Source of the DNA: Balamuthia mandrillaris
Lineage: Eukaryota
Length of the DNA stretch: 64,000 bases
Direction: 5' to 3'
Assembly (NCBI GenBank): GCA_031835245.2
Contig: JAVKOQ020000008.1
Span: 124,001-188,000, forward strand
The position numbers and the translations under genes are program-made. This document shows positions 1 to 18,354 of this stretch, one piece after another (position 1 is the first letter of the stretch; each line of letters starts with the position of its first letter). Under the pieces are notes generated by a model that was given only the letters and a program-made list of their open reading frames with translations, had not been told where the DNA came from and searched no databases.

Positions 1-84
1 GCTGTTGTTGTTGTGCTCCACCTTTTTCTTGGTGCCGGCTTTAGAGGAGGAGGAGGTGTTCAGCTTTGTTCTGGAGCCCTCCAT
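1..84 (-). CDS. 5' end of a gene running off the window (MEGSRTKLNTSSSSKAGTKKKVEHNNNS...)
   Basis: ATG at 84 with an open frame to the window edge; composition resembles other N-termini here; no recognisable domain. Confidence 0.3.
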   Translation of the reverse strand, partial: MEGSRTKLNTSSSSKAGTKKKVEHNNNS

Positions 85-386
85 TTGTGCTCCTTCTTCG
101 CTGGTAGTAGTAGTAGTTGTTTGTTTGGTTGGTGGGTGTGCTGTTGCCTACCTCAAGAGAAGAGAGAGGAAAGGTCGGCAAAGGAAGAGGTTTTTAGGCC
201 TAAAGAAAAAAAAAAAGATAAAGGTTGTTGTTTGTCCGAAAAGGTGCCCCCGCCGGTTCGAATCTCACTGGTTGCACCCTGATTTTTTTTTCTGAAAGAG
301 GTCGATTGCGAGTTCGAATCTCGGTGTATTCATTCTTTTTTTTTAATCGTTTTTCTTTTCTTTTTTTTGTTAAGCTTAAGACGCAT

Positions 387-2963
387 TCAGAATCCTGTGG
401 GGCGTTTCCTGGGTGCACGTCCGGATGCTTGTGACGATGATGCCCTGCTGCTCTTCCTCCCGATGGTCGGAATCGGGGTGGATGAGGTGGATGAGGCAGA
501 GGAGGAAGTTGAAAGCTGTGGTTGTGAAGAAGAAGAAGGAGAAGCAGTGGCTGATATCCTTGGTCTCTTTCGCGAAGAAGAGGAAGAAGAGGAAGAAGAC
601 GATCGAATCTTTGGAATGGCACCACTTTGTTGAGAAGGAGAAGGTGAAGCGACAGAAGCAGCAGGAGCAGCAGAAGGAAACAGGCGAAATGATGAAGAAC
701 CTCTTTCCTCCTCCTCGTCTTCCTCTTCATCGCCAAACATTGGTTGTGATTGTGATTGTGAGAAAAAAGAAGACGAAAAGGCAGACCAATCGATCTGCGA
801 AGAAGACGAAGCGTCAATATCTTCTCTCCTTTCCTCTTCTCTTTCCTCTGCTTTTCTTCCTTTGTCTTCCACTACAATCATCGGTTGCTGAAGTTTGGAT
901 AGATGAGCAAACGCAGAGGAAAAGAGCGGATTAATGCGACGTTTCTCCAAAGAGGTGAAGAACTGAAGTTGTCCTTGTTTCCAACTCTGTGCCAATTCAT
1001 CCAATCTCTGGTCATATATCGCTAATCTCTCTTCTCTCTCACTCTTGTACTTTTTCTTACGTTTCGTTGTGGTGTCTAATGTTGTGGTTGTTAACGGAGG
1101 TACAGGAACAGAAGAAGGAGCATCAGTCGAAAGAGAGAGTGCCTGAGAAGAAAGTTGAATTGGGGAGAAGAAGGAATCGTCCACATTGTTGCTTTTGCTG
1201 GTGTTGTCTCCCGTTGTCAGCGATGGAAGCGAGGCAGCGATGGAGGCAGCAATTCTTTGCGACTGAGTTTGTCTTTCTTGTTCTTGTGGTCCTTCTTTGT
1301 TTTGTGTTGTTGTTGCTGCTGTTTCTGAGAGTTTGTCTCGCAAAGAAACAAAGAGATGGCTGTAAAGCAACCGCTCATGGTCCAAATGGTTAATCCTCTC
1401 TTTCTCATCAAACTCGTTGAATATATGTAAGCGCGAGAATGGCAGCGAGTAGAATACAGTCTCATCCATTGCTCTTGCTTTTTTCAGCCTTTTACGTAAC
1501 TTCTTCTTTTCTTCATCGTCCTCATTATCTTGTGTTGTCGTTGAAGCAGAAACAGAAGTAGACGCAGAGGATGAAGAGGGTTCAATAGTAGAAAAATGCA
1601 GGAGTGAAGAAGGATCTGAAAGTGACGACACGGAAGAACAAACGGGCAATACAGTAGGAAAGTTCGTTGCCCCAACACGATGTGAAAAGATGGAGAGTGC
1701 AGTGCCATCGCTCTCTACGAGAGGCTCTCTCGGCGTGCGTAAAAACCGGAAGAGAGCTTTCCTCTTCGTTTCAGCCACTGAAAGTCCGCATTCCTTCTGC
1801 AAAAAGTATTGAATCTCATCGACCGTTTGAGGTTTTTCTTTTAAGAAGATGAGAATCTTGTAGAGATTCTCCTCTAACACTTGCTCACGTTGTCTTCTCC
1901 TTGCCAAATGTCGTTGTCGTTTAATTTCCTCTTTCTCAAGTATCTCTTTTCCCTTTTCATTATCTGTTACTAGTTCTTTTTCTGTCTCGTTGTTTGTTTC
2001 TTGCTCTTCATCTTCTTCACCGTCTCCGTTATATTCTTGTCGTTTTCGTTTCCTCGACTTTCGTGACTCTCCTCTTTCCTTCGCTTCTTTCTTCCTCAAC
2101 CATTTGGCATAGTATCGATCATAGTGCTTCACCATGCGATCCCACAGCAACTCTGGATCCAACAACGTTCTTGACGATATCATAGTGGGATGTTGAGAAG
2201 AACCGGAGCGAGGAGTTGGCATTCCATCCACTAGGTGCAATCGCTGAGTGTCTCCCCACAAAATCGCGTGCAAGGAAGAAGCTCTGTCGTTTTCTTGTTT
2301 GATGAGTTGCAGTGCCTTCTTGGCTTGACGTTGTGGATCGCGGAATGAAGTTGCCGGTCGAAGCGAAAAGGACTGAAAGTAGATGTCTCCCAACTCGTTC
2401 AAATGGAATAGAATGAACTCTCTAGGTTTCTTCCGTCGTTCTTCGTTTGGTATGTGTTCTGATGCTTTTTGTTCTTCGGGATCAATAGCTAACTCGTATC
2501 CATCTTTATAATGTCGTTTCGTCTTTTGCAGGATTTGTTTCTGTTGGTCTGGAAAGTATCCACAAACGCCGATGATACGGGGCAAGATCAGAGAGGACAG
2601 TCGCCAAAAAGGATCCGGAGAGAGAGTGCTCTCCAGGAATCGTGAGAATTGTGTTTGCTGCAAAAGACTTGGCAGCTTGTGAGGAAGGTCGGTGGACTGG
2701 ACCATGGAAGGAGTGGAGAAGGAGAAAGGTTCAGCGGAGGAAGAGTGTCGCTCAGCAGAAGTGGAGGGCATAGGAGTGGTTGGAAATAGAGGGTCAAAAA
2801 GTATGGGTGGGGGTTGATCTCTGTTACTGGAGCCAACGTGGTGGTGGGTTTGAATTGTGGTGGGAATTCCGGATGATGGGTAGTGCGCATATTTAAAGAG
2901 CAGCACTTCGCCATGAAGTACATTGCTCGTAATAATGTAATCTGGGAGGGGGAGGGAGGGAGG

Positions 2964-3011
<48 letters not shown>

Positions 3012-4751
3012 TAGACAAAACCAAAGGAAAAGAGAGGAGGAAGATAAAGGAAAGAAGAGTTTAGAGAAGAGAAGATTCATACGAAGGTTTGGGTCAACAG
3101 GATCAACAGCAAACTGAATGATGGTAGGCGGCTCAAGCTGTTGGTGATGAGCCCACCGCAAGACTGGGCGTGCAGCGTAACGTTGATCCAACAGAATGAC
3201 GGTAAACGTGGTCACCAGCACAAAGTAAAACGGACAAGTTGGGTGCGCCCTGATAGCGTGAATGACTTCATCCTCGATAAGGCTCAACGGGAGTGGAGTT
3301 GTTGTCGTCGTGCAAACTATTTCTTCTTGATTCTCTTTTTTGTCCTCGTTGCCTGTGTTGTGCAGGTTACCATTCTCTTTCTCTTCTTGCGTTGTTTCAT
3401 TCTCCTTCTCGCCTTCTTTTCCTTTTCCTTTCTCGTTTTGTTCCTCTGCTTCTGTTTCGATTGTTGTTGTCGCCTTCATTGTCACTCCCGGCTTCTTTTG
3501 ATAGTAGCCTCCAAATTGCACCAAAGATATCCCATTCCTACAAGCAATCAACAAGGAGCGAGGATGAGCACCATAGGCACACCGCACCCATGATAATCCT
3601 CGTTTAGACTTGTCGGAGAGCTCCTCAGCGGAGCAGAGCGAGGGGCTAAGGATGAGTCGAGAGGAAGCAGGAAGGGGTCTCTCCGTGATGGAGGGAAGGT
3701 AGCCGCTAAAGTCCTCCAACAAGACTTGTCCGCATTGAGTGACGACGACGCCCTCCCACAGATTGGGATGGAGGATGACGTAGACGGGGCGAGAGGGTAG
3801 GTTGGCGTCGTCTTCGGTTCGAACGAGTTGAAACTTATAACGATAGCGAGCCATTTGCCTTCTACGTCTTAGTTCTCGTTTGGCTTGTTTCGCTTGTTGT
3901 ATGGGATCTAGCGGAGGTTCAGCCTGTTGTTGTTGCTGTTGTTCAGTCTCTTCATCGTCAGAGCCTTCAAAGTAGGCCAAGTCTCCGTCTGACTCCGATA
4001 TCTCGTCGTCTGAAGAGTCGTAGTAACGATGCTTATTCCTGTCTTTCCATTTTCGCACTGGTGATGGAGGCCTTTTACTCCTTCTCAGTCTACCTCCCTT
4101 CTGGTTCTTCATCTCTTCTTCCCATTTTGTGTGTGCTTCTCGTTTCTTTTTCCTTTCCTCTAGCTTTGCCATTTGTTGTTCTTCTGTGTTTTCTTTCACC
4201 CACAAGAAACGAACCTTGTCTTTGGTCCTCACCACGACAAAAGGCTTGTCTCTGACGGCGTTGTTGACTTCTATTTGCAAGATGGGGTGCTCCATTTTAA
4301 GAACAGAGGCGCTGGTGCCGGGCAAGATCTTAGAACTGCTGATGCGTTTGCCCCAGCTCTTCATGGGAGGATTAGAGTGCCGTTGTTCTAGCCAAGCGCA
4401 GTAGGCTCCAATCTCTTGCCGGCGAGTTAGCAATGCCTCTAGGCCGCTCCCTGGCGCTGGTTTGTTGGCGCTGTCTTGTCTTTCACTCTTGTCTCCTACC
4501 ATGGCTTGTTCGTTTTCGTTTTCTATTTCCATTTCTTTTTCTTTTTCTTGTTCTTGTTCTGCTTGTTCTTCCTGGCTTCCGGTTTGTTCTTGTTGGTGTG
4601 TGTTTGCTGTTTCGGTAGTCGTCGATGAAGAAGTTGACGAAGCAGAGTTGGTGAGATCAACTTGTTCGGCTTCGTCGAGTGAAAGAGGAAGCTGGCACAT
4701 ACGTGTTTCGGAGTTAAGGTCATCTCGAATAAACTAGAGAAAGAACAGAAT

Positions 4752-4793
<42 letters not shown>

Positions 4794-5010
4794 CGGAGGT
4801 GTAAGGAAAAGGATATGAAGCACGTTGCAGCACGGTCCGCTGGCGTAAAAGAGGAACGGCGGGTGAGCACTGGTAGCATCGCAAAACGCCAATCGGGAGC
4901 ACGTCTTAGACACGGAATGCAATCGCATCGTCAAAGTGGAGTTCTCTTCTTCATCAGCATCCACATGATAATAACTCTTTGGTCTGCGCTTATGTCTCTG
5001 GCGAAGAGAG

Positions 5011-5045
<35 letters not shown>

Positions 5046-5104
5046 TCATCAGTAACCATCAAAGAGGGAGGAGAGAGAGACAAAGAAGCCACAGCACGCA
5101 TAGG

Positions 5105-5142
<38 letters not shown>

Positions 5143-5586
5143 CTCAGGAAATAGGGACCAGAAGAGAAGAGACGAGGAGGAGAAAAGAGAGCGGAACAGG
5201 ATAATGAGAGTGAACGCACAATGGCAGTGTTTGGGTGGTGCCGTCGCAGCAGCTTGTCTTTCCGGAGATGTATATTGGGCATAAGCAGCTGGAGCTGGCT
5301 CACGGGGAACCACAGCATCCCTACGTTTGTGGGTGTTTTTCTTTGGTTACATAAAATAGAGAGAAAGGAAAAAAAAACCACAAGACGAACCATCAGCGCA
5401 GGAGTTTCGATCGCAGTGAAAAACAGGAGTGAAGGAATGGCCATCATCCTCTTCTGCCTCCTCCTCCTCCTCGCGAAAGAGCACACCTCCCAGCGTTCCC
5501 CAGTTGATGTCGGTGTACTGTCCTGTGTCCAGCCCCGCTGGGTAGGGGTTCGTCGGGAAGTGCAGCAATGGGTAAGAGCCGCTCAT
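387..5586 (-). CDS. TAF1C/Rrn6-like RNA polymerase I core factor (SL1) subunit, multi-exon
   Basis: WVRCAYGAHPRSLLIA, LVTTFTVILLDQRYAARPVLRWAH and LFHLNELGDIYFQSF resemble TAF1C blocks (WRWADFTAHPRVL, LVCTQFSLYLVDER..PMLKWNH, LFQLSAAGDVFYQ); (CT)n introns near 2943-3080, 4735-4815 and 5020-5160; start MSGSYPLLHFP inferred. Confidence 0.65.
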
Positions 5587-5725
5587 CCTCTCTCCTCTCT
5601 TCTCCTCTGTTTTTTTCCCGCCTTTTTTTCCTCCCAAAATATTCCGGGACGACACGGTGATTAAATCGTGACGACATGAATATAGAATTTTTAATATCAG
5701 TCACGCTTGCCTTCATTCTGAGGCC

Positions 5726-6451
5726 TCAAGGACACCCGTTCTCTTTGGCCCATTGCGATACCTCCAGGTGACCGTTCTGCTCGGCGGCGGCGCGCGTTAG
5801 CGCGTCCCATGGACATCCGTTCTCTCTCGCCCATTTTAACACTTGCAGATGGCCACGTGAAGCAGCAAAACTGCAGGTCCACCTGTGCCAAGGACATCCA
5901 TTGGCTCTCGCCCATTGTAAGACCGCCAAGTGACCGTTCTGTGCAGCGCGGGCGCAAGTCCACTCGTTCCAAAGGCATCCGTTCTCTCTCGCCCATTTCA
6001 ACACTTCCAAGTGACCGTTCACGGCAGCCCCCTGGCAAATGGTGCTCTTGTCCCAAGGACACCCGTTGGCTCTGGCCCATTGCAGTACCGCCAAATGGCC
6101 GTTCTCGGCAGCAGCTTGGCAGGTCTCGTTGTTCCAAGGACATCTGTTGGCTCTAGCCCATTTCAGCACCTCCAGCCTGCCTGCTCCAGCAGCCAGGCTG
6201 CAGACCTTTTCGTTGTCCAGAGAGCAGCCCTGCTCTAGGCAAGCCCACTGCAAGGCGGCCACGGAGGTGCTACAGACCCATCGCAGGGAGAGCTTCTGCC
6301 GGAGGGTCGGAGAGCTGCAGCGATACCATCTGCGGCAGGTCCTGGCAGCCGGTGCCACACTCTCCTTGGGAAGCATGTCCAAGATATAGCACAGCACCTC
6401 CTGTGGCAGTGCGTCCTCCACCAAGCACCCAGAGTATCCTTCGCTTCGCAT
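5726..6451 (-). CDS. F-box + ankyrin-like repeat protein (giant-virus-type GHLEVLKWARENGCPW repeats), intronless
   Basis: F-box LPQEVLCYILDML...ARTCRRW followed by about 7 tandem 25-aa repeats. Confidence 0.9.
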   Translation of the reverse strand: MRSEGYSGCLVEDALPQEVLCYILDMLPKESVAPAARTCRRWYRCSSPTLRQKLSLRWVCSTSVAALQWACLEQGCSLDNEKVCSLAAGAGRLEVLKWARANRCPWNNETCQAAAENGHLAVLQWARANGCPWDKSTICQGAAVNGHLEVLKWARENGCLWNEWTCARAAQNGHLAVLQWARANGCPWHRWTCSFAASRGHLQVLKWARENGCPWDALTRAAAEQNGHLEVSQWAKENGCP

Positions 6452-6600
6452 CCTGTCTCCTTGTTGGTGCCTTCTTGGTCTAGCAACTGTGCTGTCGTGT
6501 CCATATACACTTTACCTGCCGTAATGCTTTCCTTCTTTCCTTCTTTCTTTCTTTTTTATTTGTTCTCTATCACCTTTATTAAATCACATTACAGGCTGGC

Positions 6601-6829
6601 TCAGGCACCCTCATCGGCTGCTTTGTTCAATGACTCTTGCAGGTGTTGTTTGTTTCGCTGAGAACGAAGCTTCATCCAAAGTGCGCTGACGGCAGCAATG
6701 ACCACGACCCCAACGACGACCACAGGAACGACCACCGCAACGGCGATGATGACAGCATCGTCATCTTTGCTTTCACCAGACGATTGGTCTTCATCTCCAC
6801 CATTGCCAGTCAACAGAATGGAAACATCT

Positions 6830-6876
<47 letters not shown>

Positions 6877-8408
6877 AATAAGAGGGAGAAACGACGACAA
6901 AGGCAAAGAAAAGGAAAGGATGAAACAAAGGAGCAGGACCTGGATCATAAAGGACATCAGTACCACCCAACAGATTCCAATCCAACCAGAACTTGGTGCG
7001 ATTGGGGGTTGGGTCGAGCAGGTTCCATCCATACATGTCTGCGGTGACGGCTTCGAAGCCGCTGTACTCACCGCTGGTTAGTGCTGGCGGATCGTTGACA
7101 GAGAAGGCAGCCTATCATTTATGTGTTTGTATGAGGAACGGCAAAAAGAGACGGGCAAAGAGCAACAACGGGCAAACCTGATAGAGCTCCAGTCTGAAGC
7201 TAGGGTCAATGGTTTTAATCTCGAAGAGGATTTGATCGGGTGTGGAGGCGGTGATGTTGGGCCAAACGGGCAGAAGATAGGGATCACTTCGCATAAAGTA
7301 TTGCACTGGGACGATGAACGTCGACACTTCCATCTGTGGTAGACCATCCGTTCGGGTGAGAACACAAGAATAGGAACGGTGTTGAAAAGAGGAGAGGAGG
7401 CAAGAAATGAGCAATAAGAGAGAAGAGATAAGAACAGAGAAACCAAACCTCTAATCGTATCTCAAAGCTTGTAAAGTAGCCATGAGTGCCGTTGAAGACT
7501 GGGTCTTCCGGTTTTAATACCTGAGATGTGTAGTTCCTTATCTCCAGAGTGGTTTTTACGGTGCTTTCTCTTACATTGATCGGTTTCGAAATGTTGAATT
7601 TGTTCCTATATGCGCCGTTCAGAACAGCGAAAGAAAAGAGAAGAAAAAGAAAAAGAAAAAGAAAAAGAAAAAGAAAAAGAAAAAGAAAAAGAAAAAGAAA
7701 AAGAAAAAGAAAAAGAAAAAGAAAAAGAAAGAACAGAACAGAAATGGACAAACGCACGTCATTAGCCTCGTTTCAGCAAACTGAATGCCTTCTATGGTCA
7801 TGCTCATAATGGCACCAGGCACTCCCAACCCGGTCCAGTTGACGCGAACGACATCCTCCCCAAGATGCTCCACCATAAAATGGGCTGGGTCCATGGTGTC
7901 GAACCGGAAAAAGTCGGTCTCGTCGCAGCCACGACGCGCTTTGATGGTACTACTGAGGTTCGAAAAAGCTAGAATGCCAAAGTTTAAAAAGGGACAAGAA
8001 CAACGCTTGAAACAAACGAATGAAAGAAAGGCAGGAGAACACCTACGTGCGTCATCTGGGTTGTTGCATTTGTACTCACGAAAGTCTTGCAATTCTACAT
8101 AACCCCACACAGACTCAACCACCTGTCCCGTGGCGGTATCTTTGGGCAGCACAAAGTAGGCTGCGCCTCTATCTTTTACAAGCCTTGCTTGCAGCTTTGG
8201 AACTGATAAAACGCTTGGGCAATGAGAAAGGTTTTCGGTTGGGGTGAAGTGAAGAGAGAGAGAACGAACGATCAAACACAGCAAGGGCGTCGCTTTCATT
8301 TACAGGAACACGTTGGGCAAAACATTCGGGAATGGCGATGGCGGCGAACAGAACGAAGAAGCACAAGGCATGCAAGCGTGGGCTCAAGAGAGGAGACGCT
8401 CGTTCCAT
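6601..8408 (-). CDS. Type-I membrane protein of unknown function (signal peptide, C-terminal TM), about 7 exons
   Basis: Hydrophobic N-terminus LCFFVLFAAIAIPECFA; TM VIIAVAVVVPVVVVGVVVIAAVSALW followed by a basic tail; ORF pieces joined by GT-AG introns. Confidence 0.7.
7643..7727. repeat. (AAAAAG)n intronic microsatellite
   Basis: Direct reading. Confidence 0.9.
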
Positions 8409-8506
8409 GGCTTTTAAATTTTTCGAGTCGTCTTACACTTATGGGGTGAGGTATGCGAAGAAGACTGGAGCCTTACGCGACAACCAACGAGAGGTATCAC
8501 TACGTA

Positions 8507-8596
8507 CTATATCATTCCTATATTAATGACATAGCATTAATATATCACTACGTAGTGATATATTAATGCTATGTCATTAATATAGGAATGATATAG
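8507..8596. repeat. Perfect 90-bp AT-rich palindrome with no spacer
   Basis: 8507-8551 is the exact reverse complement of 8552-8596; centre ...TCACTAC|GTAGTGA... Confidence 0.97.
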
Positions 8597-8769
8597 GCCG
8601 GTAGGATGATTAAACTCAAGATACCCTTTCAGGGAGAGTGACGATTTGCGAGAGTATCGGAACAATTGAAGCACCTCCAAATGGCCACCGTCTAATTTAG
8701 CACAGGCATTCTCCTTGCAACGTCAGGACGAAGGCACAAACGCACCCCCACGCGAGAAGAGTGGAAAGT

Positions 8770-9111
8770 CTCCGAGTGTCCTTTCTCAGCTGAGAACATT
8801 GATGCCACATATCCTCCTGTCATTGGCAGCCCTATCCTCTCGAGCCCGCTTTGAAACCTCAAACGCACCTTGGCTAACAGCCGCAGAGGTGATAATTGTG
8901 TGCAAGAAGCACTCGTTCTGGAGGCGCCCATTGCAGCCACGGCACCAAAGCTGCACGCCCATTTGATACTGAACCGGTGTCTGTGCTCGGGGGAGCAACA
9001 AGACAACTGAACCATCAAAGGCGAGACGTTCTGGCGGCCAACGGCTTCGGGTCTTTCCCAGGAAGAAAGTTACAAATAAGAGAGAGCAACTCACTCAGTG
9101 AGTTCTTCCAT
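8770..9111 (-). pseudogene. Decayed F-box/ankyrin paralog
   Basis: Across three frames: SELLSLICNFLPGKDPKPLAARTSRL*WFSC, RHRFSIKWACS and LQNECFLHTIITSAAVSQGAFEVSKRARED, colinear with the 9169 protein; contains a stop and frameshifts. Confidence 0.75.
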
Positions 9112-9168
9112 TCGTTTTTCTTTGGTGCATTACATCCCTTGCTCATGTCGACCTAAGAAATTATCGGC

Positions 9169-10518
9169 ATGAAGCGAAGGAGAGAGGAAGATTGCAAAGC
9201 AGGGGCTTGCCGAGGTGCGCTGCCGAAAGCGAACCGAGGCAACCTCCAGGAGGAGCGTTCAGAGTTTTCTCAACAACCCAGGCAGAGCGTGCACAACGAC
9301 GGCAAAGGCGGGCACAACATAGAAGATCTGTTGCCGGATGAGCTGTTGTGCCACGTTTTGCAGGCGCTGCCTACGGATGGGGTCGCCATAGCTGCCCGGA
9401 CCTGTCGTCGATGGTTCGGTTGCTGCCCAAAAACGCTCAGGCACAAGTTAGGCATACGGTGGGCATGTAGCTCCATGAGCATGCTTCAGTGGGCGCTGCA
9501 AAACGGATATGCCCTGAGCGACAAGAACGCCTGCTCGGCAGCCGCTGAGCAAGGCGCTTTGGAAGTGCTGCAATGGGCTCGTGAACACGGTTGTGCTTGG
9601 GACGAAGAGACAACCAAGAACGCGGCCATGGGTGGCCACCTAAAAGTGTTGCAATGGGCTCGCCTGCAAGGCTGTCCTTGGAACGAGTGGACCTGTTCTT
9701 ATGCAGCCATGAACGGCCACCTGGAAGTGCTCCAGTGGGCGCACGAGAACGGTTGTCCGTGGGACGACTACACTACCTTGACCGCCACGGAGGGAGGCCA
9801 TCTGCAAGTGCTCCAATGGTTGTGGGAGCATGGATGCCCTTTGCACTCTTCAGCGTGTAATATTGCTGCAGGGCAGGGCAGGTTGGACATTCTGAAATGG
9901 GCTCATGCAAACGTGGCCGAAGAAGAAGCACAAGTCCACTTCACAGAGGTGACCTGCCTCTCAGCAGCGAAAAGTGGTCACATGGCTGTGCTCCAGTGGT
10001 TGCGTGAAACCGCGAGATGTCCTTGGGACCAGTTGAGCAGCGCTGCTGCAGCAGGCAGAGGCGACCTGAACATGCTAAAATGGGTCAAAGAACATCGCTG
10101 TTCTTGGAACCAACTCACCTGCAACAGCGCAGCACTGCACGGCCATCTGGAAGTTCTCAAATGGGCACGAGAGAATGGATGCCCTTGGAACCAGTTTACC
10201 TGTGCCATGGCTGCAGAGGGAGGCCATTTGGAGGTGTTGCAATGGTTGAGAGAGAATGGATGTCCTTGGAGCGAGGACACTTGCAGCTTGGCTGCCAACC
10301 AGGGCCATTTGGCGGTGCTGAGATGGGCCAGAGAGAACGGATGCCCGTGGGACTCCGCCACATGCTTCCACGCTGCGCAGAGGGGAGACCTTGAAATTCT
10401 GAAATGGGCCAGAGAACATGGCTGTCCTTGGAACTCTATGGTGATGAAGGCAGCTGTGGCAGCAGGACATTCAGCAGTGGTTGTGTGGCTTCGTCAGAAT
10501 GGTTGTCCTGAGTCCTAA
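9169..10518 (+). CDS. F-box + ankyrin-like repeat protein, intronless
   Basis: F-box LLPDELLCHVLQAL...ARTCRRW followed by about 13 GHLEVLQWARENGCPW-type repeats. Confidence 0.92.
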   Translation: MKRRREEDCKAGACRGALPKANRGNLQEERSEFSQQPRQSVHNDGKGGHNIEDLLPDELLCHVLQALPTDGVAIAARTCRRWFGCCPKTLRHKLGIRWACSSMSMLQWALQNGYALSDKNACSAAAEQGALEVLQWAREHGCAWDEETTKNAAMGGHLKVLQWARLQGCPWNEWTCSYAAMNGHLEVLQWAHENGCPWDDYTTLTATEGGHLQVLQWLWEHGCPLHSSACNIAAGQGRLDILKWAHANVAEEEAQVHFTEVTCLSAAKSGHMAVLQWLRETARCPWDQLSSAAAAGRGDLNMLKWVKEHRCSWNQLTCNSAALHGHLEVLKWARENGCPWNQFTCAMAAEGGHLEVLQWLRENGCPWSEDTCSLAANQGHLAVLRWARENGCPWDSATCFHAAQRGDLEILKWAREHGCPWNSMVMKAAVAAGHSAVVVWLRQNGCPES

Positions 10519-10573
10519 ACGTAACCTTTACACTGTATCTTTTTTTTTCCAAAACATAAAACATCATCATCGC

Positions 10574-17580
<7,007 letters not shown>

Positions 17581-18354
17581 CCACTCTCTTTGTTGTTTGT
17601 TTCTCTCTTGCTACTGCACACTTAAAAAAACAAAACAAAGCCTAGTTATATTTAAGGTTCATTTTTTTTATTTATGTTTTGAACGAAAGTCATGCCTTGC
17701 ACTGAAACAAAAGGGTCGTTCATTTCATGACCAACCAACCAACACGGTGGGGTTTGTTTGTTTTTGACTCTCTCTCTTTTGGGTCAGCAGCAGTCGTTCC
17801 ATGAAGAGAGTTCTTTCTGGCTCTTTATATTGCATCTCTCTCGTGTCTTCATTCGCATCGTGTTGCTGGGGACTCGTGTCTATGCCTCCTATCTGTCTAC
17901 AAAAAATTAAGACGACTTTAACGTGTCGACAAACCAAAAATATTGGCTTAGTTGCGCTCTATTCGTTGTCAATGTGTACACAAAATTTATTATATGTCGA
18001 CAATCAAAGAAAGAAAGAAAGAAAGAAACGAAAAAGAAAGACAAAAGGAGGTTAGAGAGGTGTTAGATTTTTGTTAGAACAAAAAAGAGGGAGGGGTTAG
18101 CCTTGGTTAGTTGTTAAAAAACAAAACCAACAAACAAAAAAAAAACCGCAAAAGGCGTTCGTTCGTTCGTTCGTCTGCAATCTCAAAAAAAAAAAAGGCT
18201 TCGGAGTCAACTTCAAGGGTTGGCCATGTTCCGTGGGGGGAGAAAAGAGGGGCAAAGCTGCTTTGGGGGGGTTGGCGTGAAAATAAAAGGACAAAAGAAG
18301 CGCATGCAACCGTTAGAGGCTTACCCATCCCTTCTTTTCTATTTTCCGCTTGTC

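Noticed and set aside
5726..10518. A full endogenous giant-virus insertion
   Set aside because: No viral core genes, integrase or terminal repeats; an intron-rich host gene sits in the middle
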